The notes: a model not told the origin generated them from the letters alone. A stretch of 32,000 nt of DNA from Schaalia odontolytica (GCF_005696695.1 NZ_CP040006.1:1620001-1652000), one strand, 5' to 3'; positions 17,357-25,786 are shown, counted from the first letter of the stretch. A program made the numbers and translations.

Positions 17357-18070
17357 TCAGTGCTGTCCGTAGACGTTTTGGTAGCGGTCGTAGAGGGAAT
17401 CAATGTGGTGCTGCTCGATGGGAACGAGAGGTCCGCCCGCCCGGGCGACATGCACGGTCTTGGCGACCTCCTCGACCATGACGGCGGCCTTGACGGCGGC
17501 GCGCGCGTCGCGCCCGATCGTGAAGGGGCCGTGGTTGCGCATGAGGACAGCCGGCGAGCGCGATTCGCGCAGGGTGTCAACGATGCCGCGCCCGATCGAG
17601 TCGTCGCCAATGAGGGCGAAAGGACCGACGGGGACGAGGCCGCCGAACTCGTCGCCCATCATGGTCAGGACGCAGGGAATCTCCTCGCCGCGCGCCGCCC
17701 AGGCGGTGGCGTAGGTGGAGTGCGTGTGCACGACGCCGCCCACCTCGCTCATGTGACGGTAGACGTAGGCGTGCGCGGCGGTGTCCGAGGAGGGCGCCCC
17801 CTCCCCCAGCACGAGGTTTCCGTCGAGGTCACACACGACCATCGCCTCGGGACTCAGGTCATCGTAGGACACACCCGAGGGCTTGATGACGAGGAGGTCC
17901 TGACTGCCGTCCTGGGCCTCGCCGCGCACTCGCTGGGAGACGTTCCCTGCCGTCCAGACGACGAGGCCCCAGCGGGGTAGCTCGGCATGCAGGGTGGCGA
18001 CGTATTCACGAACGCGCTCGATCTCGCGCGCGAACTCGGGGGTCCATGTGTCGGGGTTGCGGTGATCCAT
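17357..18070 (-). CDS. araD: L-ribulose-5-phosphate 4-epimerase (class II aldolase/adducin fold)
   Basis: 237 aa with motifs [20 protein letters not shown] and RNHGPFTIG, typical of AraD. It lies immediately upstream of araA. Confidence 0.9.
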   Translation of the reverse strand: MDHRNPDTWTPEFAREIERVREYVATLHAELPRWGLVVWTAGNVSQRVRGEAQDGSQDLLVIKPSGVSYDDLSPEAMVVCDLDGNLVLGEGAPSSDTAAHAYVYRHMSEVGGVVHTHSTYATAWAARGEEIPCVLTMMGDEFGGLVPVGPFALIGDDSIGRGIVDTLRESRSPAVLMRNHGPFTIGRDARAAVKAAVMVEEVAKTVHVARAGGPLVPIEQHHIDSLYDRYQNVYGQH

Positions 18071-18107
18071 TCGTACTCCTCACTGAGCACCGATGAGCAT
18101 CGGTTGG

Positions 18108-18119
18108 GTTAACGTTAAC
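18108..18119. promoter_or_regulatory. Perfect 12-bp palindrome GTTAACGTTAAC, candidate operator of the adjacent LacI-family regulator
   Basis: Read directly at 18108-18119, 38 nt upstream of the araD start codon. It sits in the 92-bp gap between the regulator stop and araD. The CG-centred palindrome is typical of LacI/GalR operators. A small hairpin, ACCGATG-AG-CATCGGT (18089-18104), lies next to it. Confidence 0.6.
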
Positions 18120-18162
18120 ATTCACCCGCGCATGAAAGCAAGTATGACTACCAAAAGAGCCT

Positions 18163-19176
18163 CTAACGAGGGCAAACTCCCGTCGAACCGCGCACAACGA
18201 GGCGTGTAGGACGCACGTACGTGTCCACCGATTCCCCGTCGAGCGCGTGACTGACCGCCTCAAGTGCGCAGCGCCCAAGGTCCGCGAAATCCTGACGCAC
18301 CGTCGTCAGCCCCGGCCCCGCGTAGGCGGCCATCGGCACATCGTCGAAACCCGCGACCGACACGTCACCCGGAACACTCACCCCGGCCTCGGCGAAGGCT
18401 CGGAGGAGACCGACCGCGACCTCGTCGTTCGCGCACATGACGGCATCAGGCAGGCCATTTTCGACAAGGTTCTGTCCTGCAACGTACCCCCAGCGCGCCT
18501 CCCACGAGCCGACGAGCGGCTCGCGCATCGGCAGACCCTCCTGGACCATCGCCTCGCGCCACCCGGCCACGCGTTCACGCGCCTCGAACCACTCCTGAGG
18601 ACCCGCCACGCAGGCGATATCACGATGACCGAGCGTCATCAGGTGCTCCGCGAGCGCGCGCGCACCTCCGCGCTGGTCCGCGTGAACGACCGACACTCCG
18701 CGTCCGAACGTGCGCCCGCCGGAGACCGCGACCACCGGCACGGACGCGCCCTGGGATGCCACGGCCTCGGCGAGGGAATCCACCGGCGCGATGACCACGA
18801 TCGCCTCGGCGGCCAGGGAGGAGAAGTGGTCGAAGGCACTGGCCACGTCGTCGGCACGGAAACGATCGAGGGCCACAACCGACGTGAAGAGCCCCGCTTT
18901 GCGGGCGGCAACCTCCAGTGCCACCAGCATCGAGGAGGGACCGAAGTGGGCCGAGGTCGTGGTCACGACGCCGATAATGCCCGAGCGGGCGGTCACCAGG
19001 GCACGGGCCACCGAGTTCGGGCGGTATCCCAGCTGTTCAATCGCGGCCTGCACGCGCTCGCGCGTCCGAGGCGATACGCGCCCCTTGCCGTTCACAACGC
19101 GAGACACCGTCTGATGCGAGACACCGACCAATTCGGCCACGTCCGCCATCGACGGAGGACGACCATTGCGCGTCAT
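18163..19176 (-). CDS. LacI-family transcriptional regulator (AraR-like by context)
   Basis: 337 aa. It has an N-terminal HTH (MADVAELVGVSHQTVSRVVNG) and a periplasmic-binding-protein-like sugar-sensing core. It heads the araD-araA-ABC gene string. Confidence 0.9.
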   Translation of the reverse strand: MTRNGRPPSMADVAELVGVSHQTVSRVVNGKGRVSPRTRERVQAAIEQLGYRPNSVARALVTARSGIIGVVTTTSAHFGPSSMLVALEVAARKAGLFTSVVALDRFRADDVASAFDHFSSLAAEAIVVIAPVDSLAEAVASQGASVPVVAVSGGRTFGRGVSVVHADQRGGARALAEHLMTLGHRDIACVAGPQEWFEARERVAGWREAMVQEGLPMREPLVGSWEARWGYVAGQNLVENGLPDAVMCANDEVAVGLLRAFAEAGVSVPGDVSVAGFDDVPMAAYAGPGLTTVRQDFADLGRCALEAVSHALDGESVDTYVRPTRLVVRGSTGVCPR

Positions 19177-19341
19177 ACCGGCCTCCCTCCCGCATAAGTC
19201 CGGCTTTGTTCACATCGTAAACGAAAAGCATCCGCGACATAGAACTCGCCACACTTTTTAAATAACTCGTAAAACAATCATGCCGATCACAGAGAATGGA
19301 GGGGTCCCTTCAACACTTGGATAAAGGTCCAGGAGACACAG

Positions 19342-21282
19342 ATGGCATCAAGCCCCTCGTCCGCTCCCCACCCCGTCGATCAAGTCCCTCCCTTTGGGAA
19401 ACTCACCATTCTGGGCATTCAGCACGTCCTCGCGTTCTACGCGGGCGCCGTGGTCGTCCCGCTCGTCATTGCTTCCGGCCTCGGGCTCGACAACCACACG
19501 CTGGTCCACCTCATTAACGCAGACCTGCTCACCTGTGGCATCGCCACCATCATCCAGTCGGCCGGCATTGGCCGCTTCATCGGCGTGAAGCTCCCCCTCA
19601 TCCAGGGCGTCACGTTCACCGCCGTCTCACCCCTCATCGCAATCGGCGCGGCTGCAACGCCCGTCGGCGCCAACCCGACGACCGGCCTGGCCACCATGTA
19701 CGGCTCCATCATCGCCGTCGGCCTTCTCGTCTTCCTGGTCGCTCCTTTCTTCGCCAAGCTCCTGCGTTTCTTCCCGCCGATTGTCACGGGCACGCTCTTG
19801 ACCGTCATGGGCACGACGCTCCTGTCCGTCTCCGCCGGAGACATCGTCGCCTGGGCCGATCGGGCCACCGATGATGCAGCGAAGGCAGCCGCAACATACG
19901 AGGCACTCGGCTTCGCTTTTGGAACGATCGCGATCATCGTCATCATCCAGCGCCTCTTCAAGGGCTTCATGGGCACCCTGTCCGTCCTGCTCGCCTTGCT
20001 CATCATGACAGCCGTTGCCTTTGCGATGGGCAAGACCGATTTCTCGGGCGTGGGAGAAGCCAGCTGGTTGGGCATCACCACGCCCTTCTACTTCGGCATC
20101 CCGAAGTTCTCCGCCACCGCGCTCCTCGCCATGATCATCGTCATGGCCGTGACCGCCGTGGAGACCACGGGCGACGTCTTCGCCACCGGCGAGGTCGTGG
20201 GCAAGCGCATCGCCCCGCGCGACATCGCCAACGCCCTGCGCGCCGACGGCCTGTCCACGCTGCTGGGCGGCGTCCTCAACTCCTTCCCCTACACCTGCTT
20301 CGCGCAGAACGTCGGCCTCGTGCGCCTCACCCGCGTGAAGTCCCGCTGGGTCGTCACCGCCGCGGGCGTCTTCATGATCGTCCTGGGCCTGCTGCCCAAG
20401 GCAGCGGCGATCGTCGCAGCCATCCCGCAGCCTGTCATCGGCGGCGCCTCGCTGGCGATGTTCGCCAACGTCGCCGTCGTCGGCATCCAGACCCTGGCGA
20501 AGGTTGACCTGCGCGACAACCGCAACGCCGTCATCGTCTCCACGTCGATCGGCCTGGCCCTCCTCGTGACTCTCAAGCCCGGCATTGTCTCGGTCATGCC
20601 CTCCTGGCTGCAGATCATCTTCGGCTCCGGCGTGACCATCGGCTCGCTGACGGCCATCATCCTGAACCTCTTGTTCTTCCACATCGGACGCCCGGCCTCG
20701 CCGGACGTGGCCGTGGTGGACGGCAAGAAGATCAACCTGGACGACATCAACGCGATGGATCGCGACCAGTTCGTCGCAACTTTCTCGTCGATGTTCTCCG
20801 CTCACACGTGGCCGGTCGAGCGCGCGTGGGAGTCCCGTCCCTTCGCCTCCGTGTCCGAGCTGCGTTCCTCCTTCGAGGACGCCGTCCTGTCGGCTACCCC
20901 CGAGGAGGCCGAGGAGCTCATCGCGTCCTACACGGACGTCGTCTCCCTGGTCCTCGACGGCGCGGGTGATGAGCAGGCCAGCTCGGACACCTCGTCCCTG
21001 TCCGTGGGCGAGGTGTCCTCCGAAGAAGCCGAGGAACTGCGCGCCCTGGCCGCCGCCTACCGCGAGAAGTTCGGCCGTCCGCTGGTCATCTGCGTGGATA
21101 ACGTGGTGGACCGCAAGCACCTGCTGTCCTCGGGCTGGCGCCGCGTCGAGCACTCCCCCGCCCGCGAGGCTCGCTTCGCGCTCGGCGAGGTCATCGACAT
21201 CGCCGACCTGCGTTTCGATCAGCTGGTCGCCGACGCGAACCCCATGCGCGCCGCGTGGGACGCTGGTTTTGAGCGCCTCTGA
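19342..21282 (+). CDS. NCS2-family nucleobase (xanthine/uric acid) permease fused to a C-terminal OHCU-decarboxylase-like domain
   Basis: 646 aa, with AGGAGA RBS at ~19331. Residues 1-~460 are polytopic with NCS2 blocks (GIQHVLAFYAGAVVVP, FAQNVGLVRLTRVKSRWV). Residues ~467-646 (nt ~20740-21279) resemble OHCU decarboxylase: RPFASVSEL..., AAYREKFGRPLVICV, ALGEVIDIADLRF. Confidence 0.85.
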   Translation: MASSPSSAPHPVDQVPPFGKLTILGIQHVLAFYAGAVVVPLVIASGLGLDNHTLVHLINADLLTCGIATIIQSAGIGRFIGVKLPLIQGVTFTAVSPLIAIGAAATPVGANPTTGLATMYGSIIAVGLLVFLVAPFFAKLLRFFPPIVTGTLLTVMGTTLLSVSAGDIVAWADRATDDAAKAAATYEALGFAFGTIAIIVIIQRLFKGFMGTLSVLLALLIMTAVAFAMGKTDFSGVGEASWLGITTPFYFGIPKFSATALLAMIIVMAVTAVETTGDVFATGEVVGKRIAPRDIANALRADGLSTLLGGVLNSFPYTCFAQNVGLVRLTRVKSRWVVTAAGVFMIVLGLLPKAAAIVAAIPQPVIGGASLAMFANVAVVGIQTLAKVDLRDNRNAVIVSTSIGLALLVTLKPGIVSVMPSWLQIIFGSGVTIGSLTAIILNLLFFHIGRPASPDVAVVDGKKINLDDINAMDRDQFVATFSSMFSAHTWPVERAWESRPFASVSELRSSFEDAVLSATPEEAEELIASYTDVVSLVLDGAGDEQASSDTSSLSVGEVSSEEAEELRALAAAYREKFGRPLVICVDNVVDRKHLLSSGWRRVEHSPAREARFALGEVIDIADLRFDQLVADANPMRAAWDAGFERL

Positions 21283-21310
21283 GTAGCTTTCAGCTTCTCT
21301 GACTGACGAG

Positions 21311-21354
21311 GCCGGGGCGCGTTGGGCAATATGCCTGACGCGCCCCGGCTTTTT
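21311..21354 (+). terminator. Rho-independent terminator of the permease-fusion gene
   Basis: An 11-bp stem: GCCGGGGCGCG (21311-21321) and CGCGCCCCGGC (21339-21349). It is followed by TTTTT (21350-21354). Confidence 0.8.
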
Positions 21355-21400
21355 CATGCCTCAGCCGTGACGGTTCCCTCACGAGTCGCTCCGGATGCAG

Positions 21401-21606
21401 ATACGCCGAGGGGCCGACCTGGCGGTCGGCCCCTCGGCGTATCCCATCAACACAGTGCAAGTTGTCCCAGAAGGCTCCTCGATGATGTCTCGTCGGCATT
21501 GCTCGGGCCCGTGTGGCCCGTGCCGTATTCCCTTGTGATGACACCTACTGTAGGCACCCAACCTTGCGGCAACGGCAAGGCAAGCTGAGAAAAACCTGGG
21601 ATTTTA
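21401..21606 (-). ncRNA. Candidate structured RNA element, copy A (orphan copy downstream of the S8 protease gene)
   Basis: 206 nt, ~80-85% identical by eye to 25787-25992, with sharp homology boundaries. Conserved hairpins:
- 21405-21438, a 15-bp GC stem at the 3' end on the minus strand;
- 21495-21524, GGCA[CGGGCC-n5-GGCCCG]n5-TGCC;
- 21562-21580, CCTTGC-n7-GCAAGG;
- long-range TCCCAG (21465-21470) against CTGGGA (21596-21601).
The strand is inferred from G-U versus C-A analysis in copy B. Confidence 0.5.
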
Positions 21607-21638
21607 ACCCCGCAGATAATTGACTGATCACAAGACGA

Positions 21639-21670
21639 GTGTGCGCCCCCGGTTTCCCGGGGGCGCACAC
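21639..21670 (-). terminator. Terminator hairpin of the S8 protease gene
   Basis: A perfect 14-bp stem: GTGTGCGCCCCCGG (21639-21652) and CCGGGGGCGCACAC (21657-21670), with a 4-nt loop. It lies 35 nt after the stop at 21705. The minus-strand tail is TCGTCTTGTG. Confidence 0.75.
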
Positions 21671-21704
21671 TGCGTTACGCGCTGTCAGTGCTGCGCGTTA
21701 GGCC

Positions 21705-24700
21705 TCAGCCGTTCCACTGGCCGTTCTCGGCGAAGTAGTACCACTTCCAGCCGATCCAGTGCCCACCCGTGTACATCGCACCCGAGTCGGTACTCAGGTA
21801 GTACCAGAAGCCACCATCCTTCAGCCAACCGGTCGTCAACGCGCCACTGGAGTGCATGAAGTACCAGGACGAGCCGTCCTTGACCCATCCGGTCGCCATC
21901 GCGCCACTACCGGGCGTCAGGTAGTACCAGGTCGGACCATCAAGCAGCCAACCGGTCACCATCCGACCCGTCGCAGGATCCAGGTAGTACCAGGAAGAGC
22001 CATCCTTCACCCAGCCACTCGCCTGGGCACCCGAAGCGTCGTGGTAGAACCACGAACCAGCCTCACTCACCCAACCGGTACGCATGTAGCCGCGAGAATC
22101 AAAGCGGTAGATCGAGTTGCCGATCTGCAGCGTCTGGCTCACCGGGTAGGTCCCGTCGGCGTAGCGGTACCACCAGCCGAGAGAGTCGCTCACCCACTGG
22201 CCACCCTGCGGGGCAGGTGCCGGGGTCGGATCCGGGGAAGGCTCCGGCGCGGGCGCAGGATCCGGGGTCGGAGCGGGCGTCGGATCACCCTGGAGGCGCA
22301 CCTCCTGCTTGGCGGGGTTGACGCCCCAGTCCCAGGCGAAGAGGTACGGGGTCACCGGGGCCTCGTCCGTGCGTCCCTGCTGCGCCCAGGCGGCCTTCAG
22401 CTCCGAGACGGGCACGTCGAAGTGGTAGCGGTGCGTGCCATCGGCGAGGATCTCACCATCGTCCTCGACGAGCTTGCGGTAGTACCACGTGCCATCGGCG
22501 TCCTCGTGGAAGTCGATGCCGGCCACGGGCGAGGCGTCGGTGACGTCGAAGGACACCGTGCGGGCATCGCCCTCACCGCTCACCGCCAGGTTGGAGATGA
22601 CGGGGGCCTGCGTGTCCAGCGTGAACTCGTAGCTCATCTGGTGCTTGCGCGAGGACGGACCATCCGTCGCGGCCTCAATCGTCAGCGTGTAGGCGCCGTC
22701 GGCCAGCTCGTTGCCGGACTGGTCATAGCCGTCGAAGAAGGGTTCCTCACCGGCGAACTCACCCGGCTTCGTCCAGCCGGTCTCGAGGTCGTAGAGGGAC
22801 TTGCGCACGCGGTTGATCGTATAGGAACGCACGGACTCGCCCGCGGAGTTGCGGTAGGTGAGAGTCATCGACGGAACGGAGCGCAGCATGCCGGTCATCG
22901 GCGCGATCTTGTCGGGGGCACCCGCCCACTTGGCGCGCGAGGTGATAAGGCGCTGCGTGTTGATCGTGGTGACCAGGTTCGAGTCCTGCTTGTCCGACAG
23001 CGGGTTCAGCGCTCCCAGCGGGATAGACGAGTGGGAGTTCACCAGCGCGGAACGGTAGACGTGCACAGGCGTCGTCTCGTTGTCCGACCACTTGCCGTCG
23101 AAGACGTTCGGGGCTCCCCACGAGCCGTAGAAGCCCAGGTAGGGCACGGTCAGGCTCGGGGTCCCATCCTTGCTCGTGAAGGTCACGGCGCCGTCGATGA
23201 AGGTGCCCTTCGGGGCGTTCTCCGACGCAAAGGCCGCGAACTCGGACTCGGGGGTCACGGTGACGGTCACGGTGGCGTTCGACATCGCGGGGACCGTGAT
23301 CTGCTGGGCGTCCCCGGCCTCGGCAACGCCGTCACCGGAGAAGGTCAGCGAGATGCCCGCGCCCGCCCAGTTCTGCGAGTGCTCGAGGAAGAGGCCCTCC
23401 TCGACCATCTCGGAGAGCGCCTGGCCGCCGAGTGTGTAGGTGTGGGCGGCATCAGAGAGGTTGGTCAGCTGCACCTGGAAGGTCCAGCCCTTCGTCCCGT
23501 CGCCGAGGTCGGCCTTGGGTCGGGAGGGGTCGGCGGCGCCCACCACGGTCGGGTAGACGGTCGCGGTGGTCGCTGCGAGCGCGTCGACGGCGCCCGCGCC
23601 GACCCTGCGCGGCGAGTAGTAGGTGCCGTCGCCCAGCTCGACGTCGACGAGCGGGTGGGCGGTGCCCATGAGGAGGTTGGTGACGACCGCGTTCTTCTGC
23701 TCGGCGCTCATTCCAGAGAAGGCAGGATCGTTCGCGAGGCGCTGGCGCACGAGGGCACTGATGCCCGCGACCTGCGGGGATGCCATCGAGGTGCCCGACA
23801 GGCGCTGATACTCGTTGCCGAGGTAGGCCGACATGATGTCGCCGCCGGGGGCAGCGATCTCAGGCTTGAGGGTCAGGTCGGGGGCCACGCCCCACGCCGA
23901 AAACTCCGAGGCCGTCGGGTTGTTCGAGGCCAGCACGATGCCGGAGTGCGTGACAGTCACGGTGACGTCGGCTCCGTTGGCGCTAGCCAGGGCCTCGCGG
24001 ATCGCCTCGCCGTCACGCTTGGTGATGGTCACCGTCGGCATCGACGTCGTCGAGCCGATGATCGCCTGGTAGGGCGTGCCGGCCTCGTCCGTGTCAGCGA
24101 CCATGAGGGCTGCAGGAGCCGGCGAAAGGGCCGTCAGGTTGCGCGCCTTGAGTTCCTCGGTCATGGCCGAGCCATCGCGGGAGTCGGTGCCGCCCTTGTC
24201 CTCGAGGACGATCACGCCGGAGAGGTCGGTGCCCGCGTACTGCTCGAGCTGGCCGGTGCCGCCAGCGCCGGCGTCGACGATGCGGTAGGTCTTCTCAGGA
24301 ACGTCGCGCAGGCCGCGCACAGCCGCACCCTGGCCGTCGAGGGCGGTGCGGTAGGCGATCTTGCGATCGCCCAGGCTCACGTAGGACAGGGCCTCCTGGT
24401 TGTCGACGGAGGCGACGGCCAGGGTGGACTTGTAGGAGGCGGGTTCGCCGAGCGTGCCCGTGTCGGGGTCGGTCGCGAACGGCTTGTTCTGGCCGGAGTT
24501 GTTGCCATAGGCGTTGGAGAAGGCGTTGCCGCCCGCCGCGTTGACGGTGATGCCAGCGGCGGCGAGCTTCTCATACACGCCGGCGAATACGCTGCCCGCG
24601 TCGCTGCTCATGCCGGAGTCGTCACCCAGGGACAGGTTGATGACGTCGGGCTTGATGACGAGCGCGTCATCGAGGGCCGCCAGCAGCGCGCTGTCAGGCA

Positions 24701-25634
24701 TCGAGCCGTCCGCGTCCGAGGCGACCTTGGCGACGACGATCTGCGCGTGGGGTGCGGTGCCCTGCAGGACGTCCGCGTTGGCGGCCGCGATCGCGGTGAC
24801 GTGCGTACCGTGGGACAGGTCCTTCTCGGAATGGGGCACGACGTCGGCGTCATTGTCCGCATAGTCGTAGGCGAAGGGGATCTTGCTGTTCACGTACGTG
24901 CCGGCTCCGCCGTGCGGGAGCTTGCCCGCGAAGGCCTGCACGTCGGCCTGGCTCATGCGCACGTTGACGCCGTCCATCGAGCCGGCGAAGGCGTCGTGGT
25001 CGGTCTGCAGGCCTGAGTCGATGACTTCGATGACCTGACGATCGCCCTTGAGGGCGACCTCGTTCGCGCGCGTCATCGCCAGGGACGAGGCGTTCTTGAG
25101 GACGGGCGCACCGCTCCCCTCGGCACCGGTTTCCATCGGCTTGTGGACGCCCTCGATGAAGGCGGTCTTGACGCCCTCGACCTTCTGGATCACGGAGAGA
25201 GCGGAGCCGGGCGCCTCGATGGCGAAGCCGACGAAAGCGTTGGTGTACTCGCGCACGGTCGTGACCTGCGCACCGGGGACGACTCCCTCGACCGCGGAGG
25301 TAATGCGGGCCTTCACGTCGTCGCGAGTGGCCTGCGTGGAGCCACCGGCTGTTCCATCCTCCAACTGGACGATGATCGTGGTCGGGGTGTCGTCAGCCGC
25401 CTCCTGCGCGGACGAGGCCTCGGGCAGGGTCACTCCCCCGGCCTCGGCCTGGCGGATGGACAGCAGCGCGTCCTCGACTCGCGTACCCGACTGCGCGTCC
25501 TTCGACGAGGCGTGGGTGGGGTTGGCGGGGAGGACACCGCCCGGCTGCGGGCTCGCTGCGAGCGCCGGGACGCTCACGCCGGTCAGGGCGAGGGCTGCGG
25601 CGAGCGCGAGTGCCGGGGTGGAGTGATGGGACAT
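21705..25634 (-). CDS. Secreted S8 subtilisin-family cell-envelope protease (lactocepin/C5a-peptidase-like) with a C-terminal cell-wall-binding repeat anchor
   Basis: The ORF-track frame is 21705..25769. The likely start is ATG 25634 (MSHHSTPALALAAALALTGVSVPALAASP, signal peptide), giving 1309 aa.
Domains and catalytic positions:
- I9-like propeptide (TTIIVQLEDG...);
- Asp box VIEVIDSG (D codon 25017-25019);
- His box SHGTHVTAIAAAN (24801-24803);
- oxyanion NAAGGN;
- PA-like insert;
- Ser box LSGTSMASPQVAG (S codon 23787-23789);
- long beta-rich region, then a Pro-rich linker;
- ~8 x 20-aa GW/WYY repeats.
There is no LPXTG. Confidence 0.9.
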   Translation of the reverse strand: MSHHSTPALALAAALALTGVSVPALAASPQPGGVLPANPTHASSKDAQSGTRVEDALLSIRQAEAGGVTLPEASSAQEAADDTPTTIIVQLEDGTAGGSTQATRDDVKARITSAVEGVVPGAQVTTVREYTNAFVGFAIEAPGSALSVIQKVEGVKTAFIEGVHKPMETGAEGSGAPVLKNASSLAMTRANEVALKGDRQVIEVIDSGLQTDHDAFAGSMDGVNVRMSQADVQAFAGKLPHGGAGTYVNSKIPFAYDYADNDADVVPHSEKDLSHGTHVTAIAAANADVLQGTAPHAQIVVAKVASDADGSMPDSALLAALDDALVIKPDVINLSLGDDSGMSSDAGSVFAGVYEKLAAAGITVNAAGGNAFSNAYGNNSGQNKPFATDPDTGTLGEPASYKSTLAVASVDNQEALSYVSLGDRKIAYRTALDGQGAAVRGLRDVPEKTYRIVDAGAGGTGQLEQYAGTDLSGVIVLEDKGGTDSRDGSAMTEELKARNLTALSPAPAALMVADTDEAGTPYQAIIGSTTSMPTVTITKRDGEAIREALASANGADVTVTVTHSGIVLASNNPTASEFSAWGVAPDLTLKPEIAAPGGDIMSAYLGNEYQRLSGTSMASPQVAGISALVRQRLANDPAFSGMSAEQKNAVVTNLLMGTAHPLVDVELGDGTYYSPRRVGAGAVDALAATTATVYPTVVGAADPSRPKADLGDGTKGWTFQVQLTNLSDAAHTYTLGGQALSEMVEEGLFLEHSQNWAGAGISLTFSGDGVAEAGDAQQITVPAMSNATVTVTVTPESEFAAFASENAPKGTFIDGAVTFTSKDGTPSLTVPYLGFYGSWGAPNVFDGKWSDNETTPVHVYRSALVNSHSSIPLGALNPLSDKQDSNLVTTINTQRLITSRAKWAGAPDKIAPMTGMLRSVPSMTLTYRNSAGESVRSYTINRVRKSLYDLETGWTKPGEFAGEEPFFDGYDQSGNELADGAYTLTIEAATDGPSSRKHQMSYEFTLDTQAPVISNLAVSGEGDARTVSFDVTDASPVAGIDFHEDADGTWYYRKLVEDDGEILADGTHRYHFDVPVSELKAAWAQQGRTDEAPVTPYLFAWDWGVNPAKQEVRLQGDPTPAPTPDPAPAPEPSPDPTPAPAPQGGQWVSDSLGWWYRYADGTYPVSQTLQIGNSIYRFDSRGYMRTGWVSEAGSWFYHDASGAQASGWVKDGSSWYYLDPATGRMVTGWLLDGPTWYYLTPGSGAMATGWVKDGSSWYFMHSSGALTTGWLKDGGFWYYLSTDSGAMYTGGHWIGWKWYYFAENGQWNG
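21708..22208 (-). repeat. Cell-wall-binding (choline-binding / CW_binding_1-like) repeat module, copy 1
   Basis: It encodes 167 aa: QGGQWVSDSLGWWYRYADGTYP...GWVKDGSSWYYLDPATGRMVTGWLLDGPTWYYLTPGSGAMATGW... The periodicity is ~20 aa with the aromatic consensus GW.kdg..WYYl...G.m.tG. It is homologous to 26081-26521 and 30190-30627. Confidence 0.85.
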
Positions 25635-25786
25635 CAATGGCTCACTTACGTATCGACGAGATGACGATCTAGTGCGCGTCCGGATGACGCGCCGTCCCAT
25701 TATGCGAAAGTTCTTCCAGTTGTGCAGTATGCATGTCCGATAGATGGCCCAGTGTCCACGCACTGACATTTTGTGCAGGCCCGAAT

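Noticed and set aside
17338-17610. N-terminal 91-aa extension of the araA ORF. Comparable extensions affect the SBP ORF (15591..15731) and the two protease ORFs (25635..25769, 29993..30163).
   Set aside because: The extensions are Arg/Ser/Ala-rich junk, overlap the upstream gene (araD) or intergenic DNA, and lack RBSs. Internal starts give canonical N-termini: the Ara[21 protein letters not shown], the lipobox signal, and the Sec signals. The SSRRYV in the 25769 extension looked superficially Tat-like, but it is too far from the hydrophobic core.
19177-19341. Possible purine riboswitch or LacI operator upstream of the nucleobase permease fusion
   Set aside because: I could not find the conserved purine-riboswitch junction and loop sequences or a three-way-junction fold by eye. 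TCGTAAACGAAAAG only loosely resembles a LacI half-site and does not match the GTTAACGTTAAC motif.
21290-21544. Small minus-strand ORFs crossing the duplicated element (21290..21544 and 25700..25930, both starting MSSQGNTAR...), considered as a conserved small protein
   Set aside because: Differences between the copies are clustered and mostly non-synonymous. They coincide with paired changes in hairpin arms. The ORFs diverge completely once the 206-nt homology ends, and copy A needs a GTG start. The pattern fits an RNA or DNA element, not a peptide.
21401-21606. Duplicated 206-nt unit considered as a MITE or IS remnant
   Set aside because: I saw no terminal inverted repeats and no flanking direct repeats. 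There is no transposase in the window. The ends of the unit are unrelated to each other.
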